Part shown: positions 1 to 11,300 of the stretch, piece by piece
Position numbering within the stretch: the first letter of the stretch is position 1
Layout: each line of letters opens with the position of its first letter
DNA from: Prorocentrum cordatum
Taxonomy: Eukaryota
Direction: 5' to 3'
DNA: 64,000 nucleotides
Assembly: GCA_963575745.1 (NCBI GenBank)
Contig: CAUYUJ010000186.1
Coordinates: forward strand, 1-64,000
Notes under the pieces: model-generated
What the model was told of the DNA's origin: nothing
Database searches by the model: none
What the model saw: only the letters and a program-made list of their open reading frames with translations
Translations under genes and position numbers: made by a program

Positions 1-150
1 GAGGAGGTCGAGGAGGAGGAGGAGGAGGAGGAGGAGAAGGAGAAGGAGATGGAAGGGAGAAGGAGGAGGCGGATGATGTGCATGAGGGAGCAGGCAGGAG
101 GAGGGGGAGGAGGAGGAGGAGGAGGAGGAGGAAGAGGGAGGAAGGGAGTT
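1..150. repeat. Purine-rich (GGA)n low-complexity tract
   Basis: Runs of gaggaggag directly visible. Confidence 0.9.
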
Positions 151-185
151 GCAGGAGAGGACCTAACGGGAAGCGAGTGCGATGT

Positions 186-3100
186 GGACTTGTCAAAACG
201 TGTGCGAAAGATTGTCCGGCCCGTTTCGTTTGAGACATCCTTCCAATATTGAGCTCCAAGATGTCGCTCGCGAGGTGGTCCGGCCCGTTTCGATTGAGCC
301 ATCCTCGCAATGCGAGGCTCGAAGATGTTGCGCGCGAGATGGTCTGGCCCATTTTGCCTGAGACGTTTCGTAGCACAGGAGCTCCAATCACAACCTCTCT
401 CATTCCTTCTCCCGCCTCCCTCTTCCCACTTCCCGCCTGGTTCCTCTTCCCTCCTCCCTCCTCCCGCCTCCCGCCTCCCGCTGCTGCGCCTCTGCCTCCG
501 CCTCCCCGTCCCGCCGTCGTCGTGTCTGCCGCCCCAGCATCCGTCATGCGCGCACTGCCTTCCGCCCTCCCCAGACATCCGACGTCACGTTTTTTTTTTG
601 AGACGTGCGCCGCGTACCTCTCGATATCATCCCCGAGGGAACCATCACGACATGCCCCCCCGCTTCCGCGCCCTCCCCCGCTTCCTCTTAAAGTTGCTTC
701 TGAGTTCACAGCATGGCGTTGGAGCCTCTCACAGTGCCGACCCGACAGCTTACTCGTCGACCAGGTGCGACTTGGGACATCCTCGCAACTCTGGGTTCCG
801 AGACAGGGTTCCCCAAACACGATTTTTATTTCCCAAAGCTTGCTGAACGGGGTGCTGTTGTGATAGAAGCTAACTCCGGCCGAGGGAAGTCGGAGCAGAG
901 ACATCCTCACAAAAATGTGATGGTCAGGGCCGTTTCGTTTGATACATCCTCACAAATCTCGTTTCTGAGTTGGCCGGGATTGGCCGTTTCGCCTGAGACA
1001 TCCTGGAAAAGTTGCGCTCCGGGACGTCGCGCGAGAGGTGGTCCGGGCCGTTTCGCTTAAGACATCCTCGAAACTCTGAGCCCCGAGGTGCCGTGCGAGA
1101 GGTGGTCCGGGCAGTTTCGCCTGAGACATCCTCCAAACTCTGAGCTCTGAGATGCCTTGCGCGAGGTGGTCCGGCCGTTTCGCCTGAGACATCCTCGAAA
1201 CTTTGACTTCGGAGATGCCGCGCGAGAGGTGGTCCGGCCCGTTTCGCTCGAGACATCCTCGAACTTCTGAGCTCTGAGATGCACTGCGCGAGGTGGTCCG
1301 GCCCGTCTCGCCTGAGACATCCTCGCAACTCTGAGCTCTGAGATGCCGTGCGCAAGGTGGTCCGGCCTGTTTCGCACAAGACATTCTCGCAACTCTGAGC
1401 TCCCAGATGCCGCACAAGAGGTGGTCCAGCCTGGGGGCCCAGAAGACCACATGTTACATATCCTCCCTGGGACCCTGGGAGCCCCAGGAGGCCCCAGAGA
1501 GCTCCAGGAGGCCGCAGGACGCCCAGGACAGGCCCCAGGGGTCCCCAGGATATTCCCAGGAGGCTCCCAGGAGGCCCCAGGAGGCCCCCTATCAGAACGT
1601 GTCAAGCCAATCTACATCTGGTGCCGATTGTTGATTTTTCCTGCTCTTGTGACCCCCCCCTTTCATTTTGAGGGGCCCAAGCGGCCACAGGTTAGATATC
1701 CCCCCTGGGAGCTCCTAGAGGCTTCAGGAAACCCCAGGTGGAGTTCAGGAGGCCACAGGAGGCCCAGGAGGAAGCCCCAGGAGGTCCCCAGGAGGCCCCA
1801 GGAGGCACCAGGAGGCCCCCGCAACTCGGAGCTCTGAGACGCCGCGCTCGAGGTGGTCCGGCCCGTTTCGCCTGAGACTTCCTCGCAGCACATTTCGCTC
1901 GAGACACCGGCCCGTCTCGCCTGGGACATCCTTGCAACTCTGAGCTCTGAGATGCCGTGCGCAAGGTGGTCCGGCCCGTTTCGCATAAGACATTCTCGCA
2001 ACTCTGAGCTCTCAGATGCTGCGCAAGAGGTGGTCCAGCCTGGGGGCCCAGAAGACCACATGTTACATATCCCCCCTGGGACCCTGGGAGCGCCAGGAGG
2101 CCCCAGAGAGCTTCAGGAGGCCGCAGGACGCCCAGGACAGGCACCAGGGGTCCGCAGGAGATTCCCAGGAGGCTCCCAGGAGGCCCCAGGAGGCCCCCTA
2201 TCAGAACGTGTCAAGTTGATACACAACCGGTGTCGATTCGTTGATTTTTCCTGCTCTTGTGCCCCCGCCCCCATTCTGGGGGGCCCCGACGGCCACATGT
2301 CAGATATCCCCCTGGGAGCACCAAGGGGCTTCAGGAAGCTTCAGGTGGGATCCAGGAGGCCACAGGAGGCCCAGGAGGAAGCCCCAGGAGGTCACCAGGA
2401 GGCCCCAGGAGGCCCCAAGAGGCCCCCGCAACTCGGAGCTCTGAGACGCCGCGCTCGAGGTGGTCCGGCCCGTTTCGCCTGAGACTTCCTCGCAGCACGT
2501 TTCGCCCGAGACATCGTCGCAGCTCTGGGGTCCGAAATGCCGCGCGCGAGGTGGTCCAGCCCGTTACGCTGGAGACATCCTCGCAACTCTGGGCTCCGAG
2601 ATGCCCTGCGCGAGGTGGTCCAGCCCATCTCGCCTGAGACACCCTCGCAACTCTGAGCTCTGAGATGCCGTGCGCAAGGTGGTCCGGCCTGTTTCGCACA
2701 AGACATTCTCGCAACTCTGAGCTCTCTCAGATGCTGCGCAAGAGGTGGTCCAGCCTGGGGGCCCAGAAGACCACATGTTACATATCCCCCCTGGGACCCT
2801 GGGAGCCCCAGGAGGCCCCAGAGAGCTCCAGGAGGCCGCAGGACGCCCAGGACAGGCCCCAGGGGTCCGCAGGAGATTCCCAGGAGGCTCCCAGGAGGCG
2901 TGGCCCGTTTCGCCTGAGACTTCCTCGCAGCACGTTTCGCCCGAGACATCGTCGCAACTCTGGGGTCCGAAATGCCGCGCGCGAGGTGGTCCAGCCCGTT
3001 ACGCTGGAGGCATCCTCGCAACTCTGGGCTCCGAGATGCCCTGCGCGAGGTGGTCCGGCCCATCTCGCCTGAGACATCCTCGCATTTCTGAGCTCTGAGA

Positions 3101-3760
3101 TGCCGTGCGCAAGGTGGTCTGGCCCGTTTCGCACAAGACATTCTCGTAACTCTGAGCTCCCAGATGCCGCGCAAGATGTGGTCCAGCCTGGGGGCCCAGA
3201 AGACCACATGTTACATATCCCCCCTGGGACCCTGGGAGCCCCAGGAGGCCCCAGAGAGCTTCAGGAGGCCGCAGGACGCCCAGGACAGGCCCCAGGGGTC
3301 CGCAGGAGATTTCCAGGAGGCTCCCAGGAGGCCCCAGGAGGCCTCCTATCAGAACGTGTCAAGTTGATACACAACCTTTGTCGATTCGTTGATTTTTCCT
3401 GCTCTTGTGCCCCCCCCAATTTTGGGGGGCCCAGACGGCCACATGTTAGATATCCCCCCCTGGGAGCCCCAAGAGGCTTCAGGAAGCCTCAGGTGGGGTC
3501 CAGGAGGCCACAGGAGGCCCAGGAGGAAGCCCCAGGAGGTCACCAGGAAGTCCCAGGAGGCCCCAGGAGGCCCCCGCAACTCGGAGCTCTGAGACGCCGC
3601 GCTCGAGGTGGTCTGGCCCGTTTCGCCTGAGACTTCCTCGCAGCACGTTTCGCCCGAGACATCGTCGCAACTCTGGGGTCCGAAATGCCGCGCGCGAGGT
3701 GGTCCAGCCCGTTACGCTGGAGACATCCTCGCAACTCTGGGCTCCGAGATGCCGTTCGGG
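186..3760. repeat. Satellite-like array: ~64-bp units interleaved with ccccaggagg-rich blocks, forming higher-order repeats
   Basis: The unit ggtggtccggcccgtttcgcctgagacatcctcgcaactctgagctctgagatgcc recurs every ~63-64 bp (e.g. gagacatcctc near 1123, 1186, 1250, 1314). A larger block containing cagaagaccacatgttacatatcc starts near 1340, 1950, 2660 and 3100. Confidence 0.9.
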
Positions 3761-3915
3761 ATGAAGAGGAGGTGGAGGAGGAGGAGGAGGAGGAGGAGGA
3801 GGAGGCATGTTTTAACATGCCATGCCAGCCCGCACTGGACGGGCACGCAATCGACCTTTGGAAACCGCAGTGGGCCTAAAAACCCTGTTTGGGGATATTG
3901 CACTCCGGCTAAAAT

Positions 3916-4912
3916 TTTCCCAACCATCCTGTGGTGTTGGGTCCTCGTTTTGAAGAAACGGTCCCCGCGTTCTCGTCTTCTCCTCGTGCCCCCCCCCCTC
4001 CTCCTACCGTCATCATGCGTCCCGCACACCCAGTACAGCGTTTCGTGGCCCCATAAGGAGCTCCACTGAAGGTCCCAGTGCTACCGTCCGCATGCGTCCC
4101 GCACACCCAGTACAGCGTTTCGCGGCCCTCCTCCCCCTCCTCCCTGTGTTACACCCACCCAGTACAACGTTTCGTGACCCCATAGGGAGCCCCACCGAAG
4201 GTCCCAGTGCTACCGTCCGCACTCGTCCCGCACACCCAGTACAGCGTTTCGTGGCCCCATGGGGAGCTCCGCCGAAGGTCCAAGTGCTACCGTCCGCATG
4301 CGTCCCGCACGCCCAGTACAGCGTTTCGTGGCCCCATAGGGAGCTCCACCGAAGGTCCCAGCGCTACCATCCGCATGCGTCCCGCCCACCCAGTGCAGCG
4401 TTTCGTGGCCCCATAGGGAGCTCCACCGAAGGCCCCAGTGCCCCCGTCCGCATGCGTCCCGGAAGCCCATTTGGCATTTTCACCCACCCAGTGCAGCGTT
4501 TCGTGGCCCCATAAGGGGGCTCCACCCAAGGCCCCAGTGCCACCGTCCGTATGCGTCCGGGAAATGTCATTTGGCATGTTCACCCGCGCAGTGCAGCGCT
4601 TCGTGGCCCCATAGGGGTCTCCACCGAAACCCCCAGTGGGACCGTCCGCATGCGTCCCAGAAGCCCAATTTGGCATTTTCACTTACTCAGTAGAGCGCTT
4701 CGTGGCCCCTTAGGGAGCTCCACCGAAACCCTCAGTGGGACCGTCCGCATGCGTCCGAGAAACCCAATTCGGCACACCACCCACACAGTACAGCGTTCCC
4801 CCCCGCCCAGTGCAGCGCTTCGTGGCCCCATAGGAAGCTTCACCGAAACAGATATTCACAATTACGGTACCCACAACTGCGTATGGTTGGGACCTTCGCC
4901 AAGATACTTTTT
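3916..4912 (-). repeat. Composite repeat element (head + ~77-bp tandem units + tail), minus orientation
   Basis: 3916-3970 is the near reverse complement of 6727-6784, and 4850-4912 is the near reverse complement of 5007-5068. Internal units read cgtccgcatgcgtcccgcacacccagtacagcgtttcgtggcccc. Confidence 0.8.
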
Positions 4913-5004
4913 AGATGGGAAGCCTGCCCCCAGTGCCAAGTTTGTGCAGGGCGGGCAGGTTCCCGCTCTATTTAAAAAACCGAAATAACGACCAACTCTG
5001 CTTT

Positions 5005-6784
5005 TCAAAATTAGCCTGGCGAAGGACCCAACCATATGCAGTTGAGAGTACCGCAATTGTGAATATCTTCTTCGGTGGCGCTCCCTATGGGGCCACGAGC
5101 CGTATGAGGGTTGTGCCGAAATGCGTGGCAGTGTACACAACACGAACGAAGACGATAGGTCCGAATATGAAAGCTTGAGCGCGTGCGAGTCGGATCGCGA
5201 GCGAGTCTGATTATGAATGAATCTGCGCGCGATTGCTTCTATTCGCATGAATGCGTGCATGGATACGCCCAGTGTAAATGTATGTATACGACTGTGAACA
5301 GTTTGGGTCTGCGTGACTCTCGGTACTCGTGACTCTGAGCGTCGCCTCTGCAGGGGGCTTCCCTGGGAACCCCGACGGCAGCGCCCGCGCGCCGCGACGC
5401 CCATGTCGGCACGCACACACCTGGTGTGCGGGACGCATGCGGACGGCAGCACTGGGGCCTTCGGTGGAGCTCCCTGTGGGGCCACGAAACGTGTGAGGGG
5501 TGTGCCGAAATGGGTGTGCGGGACGCATGCGGACGGCAGCCATGGGGCCTTCGGTGGAGCTCCCTGTGGGGCCACGAAATGTGTGAGGGGTGTGCCGAAG
5601 TGGGTGCAACATGGGTGTGGCGGGACGCATGCGGACAGGCAGCCATGGGGCCTTCGTGAGCGGCCCTATTGGGGCTCACGAAACTGTGATTGGGTTGTGC
5701 CTGAAATTGAGATCAAGAACGCAATGGCGGACGGCAGCGACGGGGCCTTCGGTGGAGCTCCCTGTGGGGCGCACTAAAACGTGTGAGGGGTGGTGCCGAA
5801 TGGTGTGCGGGACGCATGCGGACGGCGCCAATGGGGCCTTCGGTGGCGCTCCCTATGGGGCCACGAAACGTGTGAGGGGTGTGCCGAAATGAGTGTGCGG
5901 GACGCATGCGGACGGCAGCACTGGGGCCTTCGGTGGAGCTCCCTGGGGGGCCACGAAACGTGTGAGGGGTGTGCCGAAATGGGTGTGCGGGACGCATGCG
6001 GACGGCACCCATGGGGCCTTCGGTGGAGCTCCCTCTGGGGCCACGAAACGTGTGAGGGGTGTGCCGAAATGGGTGTGCGGGACGCATGCGGACGGCAGCA
6101 CTGGGGCCTTCGGTGGGGCTCCTTGTGGGGCCACGAAACGTGTGAGGGGTGTGCCGAAATGGGTGTGCGGGACGCCTGCGGACGGCAGCCATGGGGCCTT
6201 CGGTGGCCACATGGGGCTTCGGTGTAGCTCCATGGGGCCACGAAACGTGTGAGGGGCGTGCCGAATGGGTTTGCGACTGGCAGGCGAAACGGCATAAGAA
6301 AAAAAAAAAAAAAAAAAAAAAGAAGGAAAAAAAAGAGCAATGGGGCCTCGTGCAAGCTTCCCCCTGTGGGGCCACGAAACTTGTGGAGGGTTTGGCCGAA
6401 ATGGGTGTGCGGGACGCATGCGGACGGCAGCACTGGGGCCTTCGGTGGAGCTCCCTATGGGGCCACGAAACGTGTGAGGGGTGTGCCGAAATGGGTGTGC
6501 GGGACGCATGCGGACGGCAGCACTGGGGCCTTCGGTGGAGCTCCTGTGGGGCCACGAAACGTGTGAGGGGTGTGCCGAAATGGGTGTGCGGGACGCATGC
6601 GGACGGCAGCCATGGGGCCTTCGGTGGAGCTCCCTATGAGGCCACGAAGCGTGTGAGGGGTGTGCCGAAATGGGTGTGCGGGACGCATGCGGACGGCAGC
6701 ACGGAGGAGAGGAGGAGGAGAAGGTGGGACGCGGGGCGCTGTCTCTTCAAAACGAGGACCCAACGCCACAGGATTGTTGGGAAA
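5005..6784 (+). repeat. Composite repeat element (head + 90-bp tandem units + tail), plus orientation
   Basis: Head cctggcgaaggacccaaccatatgca. Units gtgtgcgggacgcatgcggacggcagc spaced 90 bp (5893, 5983, 6073, 6163). Tail tcttcaaaacgaggacccaacgccacaggattgttgggaaa. Confidence 0.85.
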
Positions 6785-7089
6785 TACGTTTTGCGCGTGC
6801 CACCTCGAGGAAAGTGCGCCCCCCCATCTCGGATCCTCGATAAGTAGAAGGGTCCGCAGGCTCCCGTTCTTCCTTCGTGAAAAAAAGGTAAGAAGAGTTT
6901 TGCGCAGACTCCGCGATATTTGACGAGGTCTGGAGGCCCTGCAATTTGACAGAAACTGTGCGCATGTTGACCTATTGCGTGCGCATAGAAACTTCAAGGA
7001 TGCCTCGCGCCCCGCGACTGTTTTGCAAAGGTTCACGGGGCTTCGGCGCCCCAGGATGCACAGGTGGTTATGGGAATGTGGCAGCGGGT

Positions 7090-7361
7090 GAAGACACGTG
7101 GGTTCCTAACACCCCAGGGCGGGACAAGTGTGAAAGCACATGGCTCCTAACGCCTCAGAGCGGGACAAACGTGAAAACACGTGGGTCCGAACGCCGCAGG
7201 GCGGGACAAACGTGGAAACATGTGGGCTCCTGACGCCCCAGAGCGGGACAATAATGAAAACACATGGGTTCAGAAGACTCCAAGGCGGGAGAAGCATTAA
7301 TAGCACTTGGGTTTCTTACGCTCCAGGGTGGTGTCACGCGTGAAAACACGTGGGCTCCCAA
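7090..7361. repeat. ~42-bp tandem repeat array, left part (interrupted by the LTR element)
   Basis: Units resemble acgtgggttcctaacgccccagagcgggacaagcgtgaaaac; the array resumes at 25782. Confidence 0.9.
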
Positions 7362-7557
7362 TGCGTATGGGGTTGAAGTACAAGAATACAGAACCCCTGA
7401 TCCGTTGGTAGAGAGATGGAGGGATAAATGGATATCTTTCCCTCCCAAGCGATCAAGGTACGATCGCTCCAACTCAGTACCTGAGCCCAAACGGCCAGGT
7501 GCGGGAGAGGTAAGGATAAGGAGTATATATGAGGGTATTACACGGGTTCCATACACA
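7362..7557 (-). repeat. 3' LTR of giant Copia
   Basis: Direct repeat of 25586-25781; TG...CA termini with ~9-bp terminal inverted repeat (tgygtatgg...ccatacaca). Confidence 0.97.
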
Positions 7558-7578
7558 CCCCCCGTCCCGAATCCCGCC
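7558..7578 (-). promoter_or_regulatory. Polypurine tract (plus-strand primer)
   Basis: The minus strand reads ggcgggattcgggacgggggg immediately before the 3' LTR. Confidence 0.75.
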
Positions 7579-8301
7579 TGTGAAGGCAGGACTCGGGATC
7601 AGGAGGATGGAATCCGTAACCTCAGAACTCCTTTACCTTAAGTCTGAAAAGGCAGCTGGGCTAAAAGTCAGCGAAGCCACAGCTGCAAAGTGAGGTAAGA
7701 AGAGATATTGGGTCTCTTTTTCTTCTCCAGGCGGTCTTTGCCGCCCCCTCGGTGCGCCCCCCAAAACGCTTCGGCACTCGAGGGAGGAGAAGAATGAGAC
7801 AAAGGTAGGCGGAGAAAGAAGATCTGAACATCAAGGCAACGTAAACCGCCTCGCAAGATTTGCGAGGCAGGTGTTGTCACCAGCCATCAGATTATTCTCG
7901 ACGCAATATTGTTAAATTGTTAAAATATGCATGCTAAGATCGTGTTGATAAACACAATCTTGAAATCAAACACAAGTCTGCCTAAAAGCAAATGTATGCC
8001 CAGATCGTGTTGACGAACACGATCCTGAAAGAAATGCAAATCTGTGTTAAAGCAAGTACCTGGCCAGGAGAAAATGTCGTGTTGATGAACACGAAAATGA
8101 TGTATAAAATCTGTTTGGCGACTCCCGTTGGCGTTGCTCCTTAGGAGGCTGCCTCGGTGATCGCAAAAGATATCTATATGTGTGTATGGCCACTTGTGTG
8201 AAAGATTGACGTGGCCTAAAAGAATGTATTAGCCACCGCTCAAGGCGAACTTTGTTGAACGGAAGTTCTGCACTTGAGCAGTGGGCCTTGCGACCGACAC
8301 A

Positions 8302-11300
8302 CTACGCGTCGCCGTCCTTGTAGAACCTGCGGTCCCACACCCTCTGGCCGTTGTACGTCACATAGCTTGTCGTAAACGTTTCCCAAGTGGTCCTCGGGAT
8401 CCAGTTGCGGAACCAATCGTTGTACGTGATATCCTGGATGTACACATACTCGTCGTTGTTGATCGCAATGTAGATCCAACATTTGATGTAATAACTCCAG
8501 TATCGAAGACCCCAATCGCTGTCCTCGAGATTGTGGCGCCAGTAAGCAGCGTAATCAGATGTACGTGCTCTCTTGGCGCGCGGCATCGCGGGCATGTAGT
8601 CCTCTGCGCCTGAGGCGCTGGATGCAGCGGCGTCGCCAGGAGCAGGGCGCGGCGGCGGCCGCGGCGGCGGCCGCGGCTCCATGGCGTCATCGGACTGTTG
8701 GGAGTGTGTATCTGGATCGGTTCTCATCCCTGTACTACCCCCCCTCTGGTCAGTGTGTGACGGATCGAGGGAGCCTATCAGCTCGTTGGCAATCGCGGCA
8801 AGCTTGCGCTGGGTGAACTGTTCACGGGTTCCGTCCCCTCGAGGGAGAGAAACCGTAATCAGTCCGCGCGCCTGCCGCGTCTGCCTGTCAATGCGTCCCT
8901 CGTTCAGCCACCACTTTCTCCGACCAGCCTGTCCTGTCCTAATACTGACGTCAAGGATGTCCCACGCGTCGCGCATGTCCTCGACTCTCCAGGGCTTCTT
9001 GCCGACATTCACGCGGGCTCCTGTCATCTGATGATGGAATCTGAGGTCGTTGAGAAAGCGTTGAATGAGATTGGCGTATGGGTAGTACAGAGGTCGGTCG
9101 TCCTCGGATTCGCCCATTAATCTGCATTCGTGTGCAGGCGGGCTACCGGCTTCGACCCACTTCTGATACCTCTTCTTGGACGTATTGGCCAATCTCCGCA
9201 ACTGATCTTTCTCTGTGCCTATGGGGGATCGCGCACCCGTCATAATGACATGTGCGCCATCCTTCATGTATCTCGCGACCTGGTCCTCGGACAACGTCGT
9301 CTTGATCCAGTTCGTCAACTTCTGGAGGTACGCGAGGTCACTCTGTGTGGCGGTGCTCTTACCTGTGGCGCCTACGGCCACAGTGTATTGCCAACATATA
9401 TCACAGAGTGTGCCGTCACCTGTGACGATACCGAGGGACAGATCTCGACCGCAATTGTTACAGAGCGGTATGGGATGCAAGATCGTCTCGGGGGCCCCAG
9501 CCGAAGTCAGGTGATCGCGGGATCCCCAGCGGGTGTCCTGACCGCGAGCGAGGCTCTGACCGATCTGATTGATCGCCTCACGATTGATCTCGGTGTTTGG
9601 TCTGGAAGCGATCGATCTGCTTAAACCCTCGATCTCGATCCGAGACAACCTTTCCCCTGGCAGTCCTTTGTACTCTATCTTGACGTTGTCGGTATCCTCA
9701 GTACCGCCATGGCATACGTTCTCCTCACGAAGACGGCGAGCCTGCTTCTGCAAGGTGGCCTCGTTGTCGCCCTCCTCGCGCTTGAGTCCCGTCTGCTCGG
9801 CTATGATACGTACCATAGTCTCCTGATCGGGAGCTGCAGACGCAACACTGCCTGGGTCCTGGGGAATATCCTGCTCGGCGCCTTCCTCTCGAGGCGCAGC
9901 AGGTGTTTCCACCAGCTCTTCCCACGCAGGAAACTCTGGATCACCGTATGTCGCAGTACAATTTTTGTATAGGTTACGCAATGCCTGAAGTGCAGGATGG
10001 TTGTCATGGATGACTTCCTTGGCGAAATCTGGTAGCTCCACAATACTATCTTTCAAGATGTTCTGGTATACTTTGGAAATCCATTGAAAGATGCCAGTGG
10101 TCGACTCCTCGATAGTCTCTGGGTCGAGGTAGTGTACCAACTTTTTGAAGAAGTGATCTGCACCACAATTGGGTAAGTCATGCGCCCACTTGTGGGTATG
10201 ATTGTAGTTCAAATGATATGACTCCGCGTTCCATGCTTTCGATCCAAATCGAATTTCAAATTGTAAATGTGACTGAATTTTGTCCATTACGATTCTGTCT
10301 GCGCCACTGTGTATCTCAATGATCTGCCTCATCTTGATCATAGGCGAATCCACCAATAACGCCGATGTCCAACAATACACGCGGCAATCATCAGACTGTC
10401 TAATCCATCTTGAATCCTCGTCGGGGTCGTAGTCTGGATGATCAAGGAAATTCGATGGCGGATCAATGATGTTATCGAGGATGCTTGCCTCGATCTGCTC
10501 TTCTGCTTGGATGTCTGCCGAGAGGTCTGCCCTCATGTTGTCGTTCGCAGCTTTCTCATCTGCAGTAAGAACGATATTTGATATGTCCACGATTACGGTG
10601 ATCAGTGGATCATGCGATGATGCTGTACCCTGTCGAGGAATGTCGCCCGTCTGAGCGTTGTCCTCGGCAGGTGTGGCCACCAGCTCGTCTGGATCAGGTG
10701 TCCGTGGAGCGGGCCTTCTTGGTGGTGTACGCGGAATACGTGGTCTATGTATGCTAGGCATTCCAAGGTATGGTAAGCTACCGCTAACCTTGTGCTGCAG
10801 TATCTCCTCGCTGCAAGATGTCGGGCCTTTCAGGGCAGCCTCCATCCATGTAGGATCGATGGCGTGTTCTTCGATGCGAATCGGCAATGCAAATACAACG
10901 CCCTTGAGGGGCATGCTTTTGTCATTATACCAGATATTTACCCATCGTAAACCGTAGTTGAGAATAGGTACTTGTACCGCAAAGAACTTGTCGAAGATGC
11001 CGAAATGGATGATTGGACCATATATGTGTCCCTTGGACAAGGCAATCTTGGTATTGTGATTGCCTTTGGGCCAATGGTTGTCGTAGTGGAAGCATTTGGT
11101 AGAACCCCAATTCTTAATGACAATGAAGTCGCCCATTCGAACATCGTTAAATGCAGGACGACGATCCCAATCTTTTTGCATGATCTTTGCTGTGATTGGT
11201 CGAAGAGCTTCACGACAATGTGATAATGCAATCAACCATTCTTTATCATCTGCTTTGTGATTGGTCTCCTGGATCATAGCACGTACTATTTGCTCGTCCA

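Noticed and set aside
186..7360. Many 100-280 aa ORFs
   Set aside because: They arise in all six frames from GC-rich tandem repeats and show no protein motifs.
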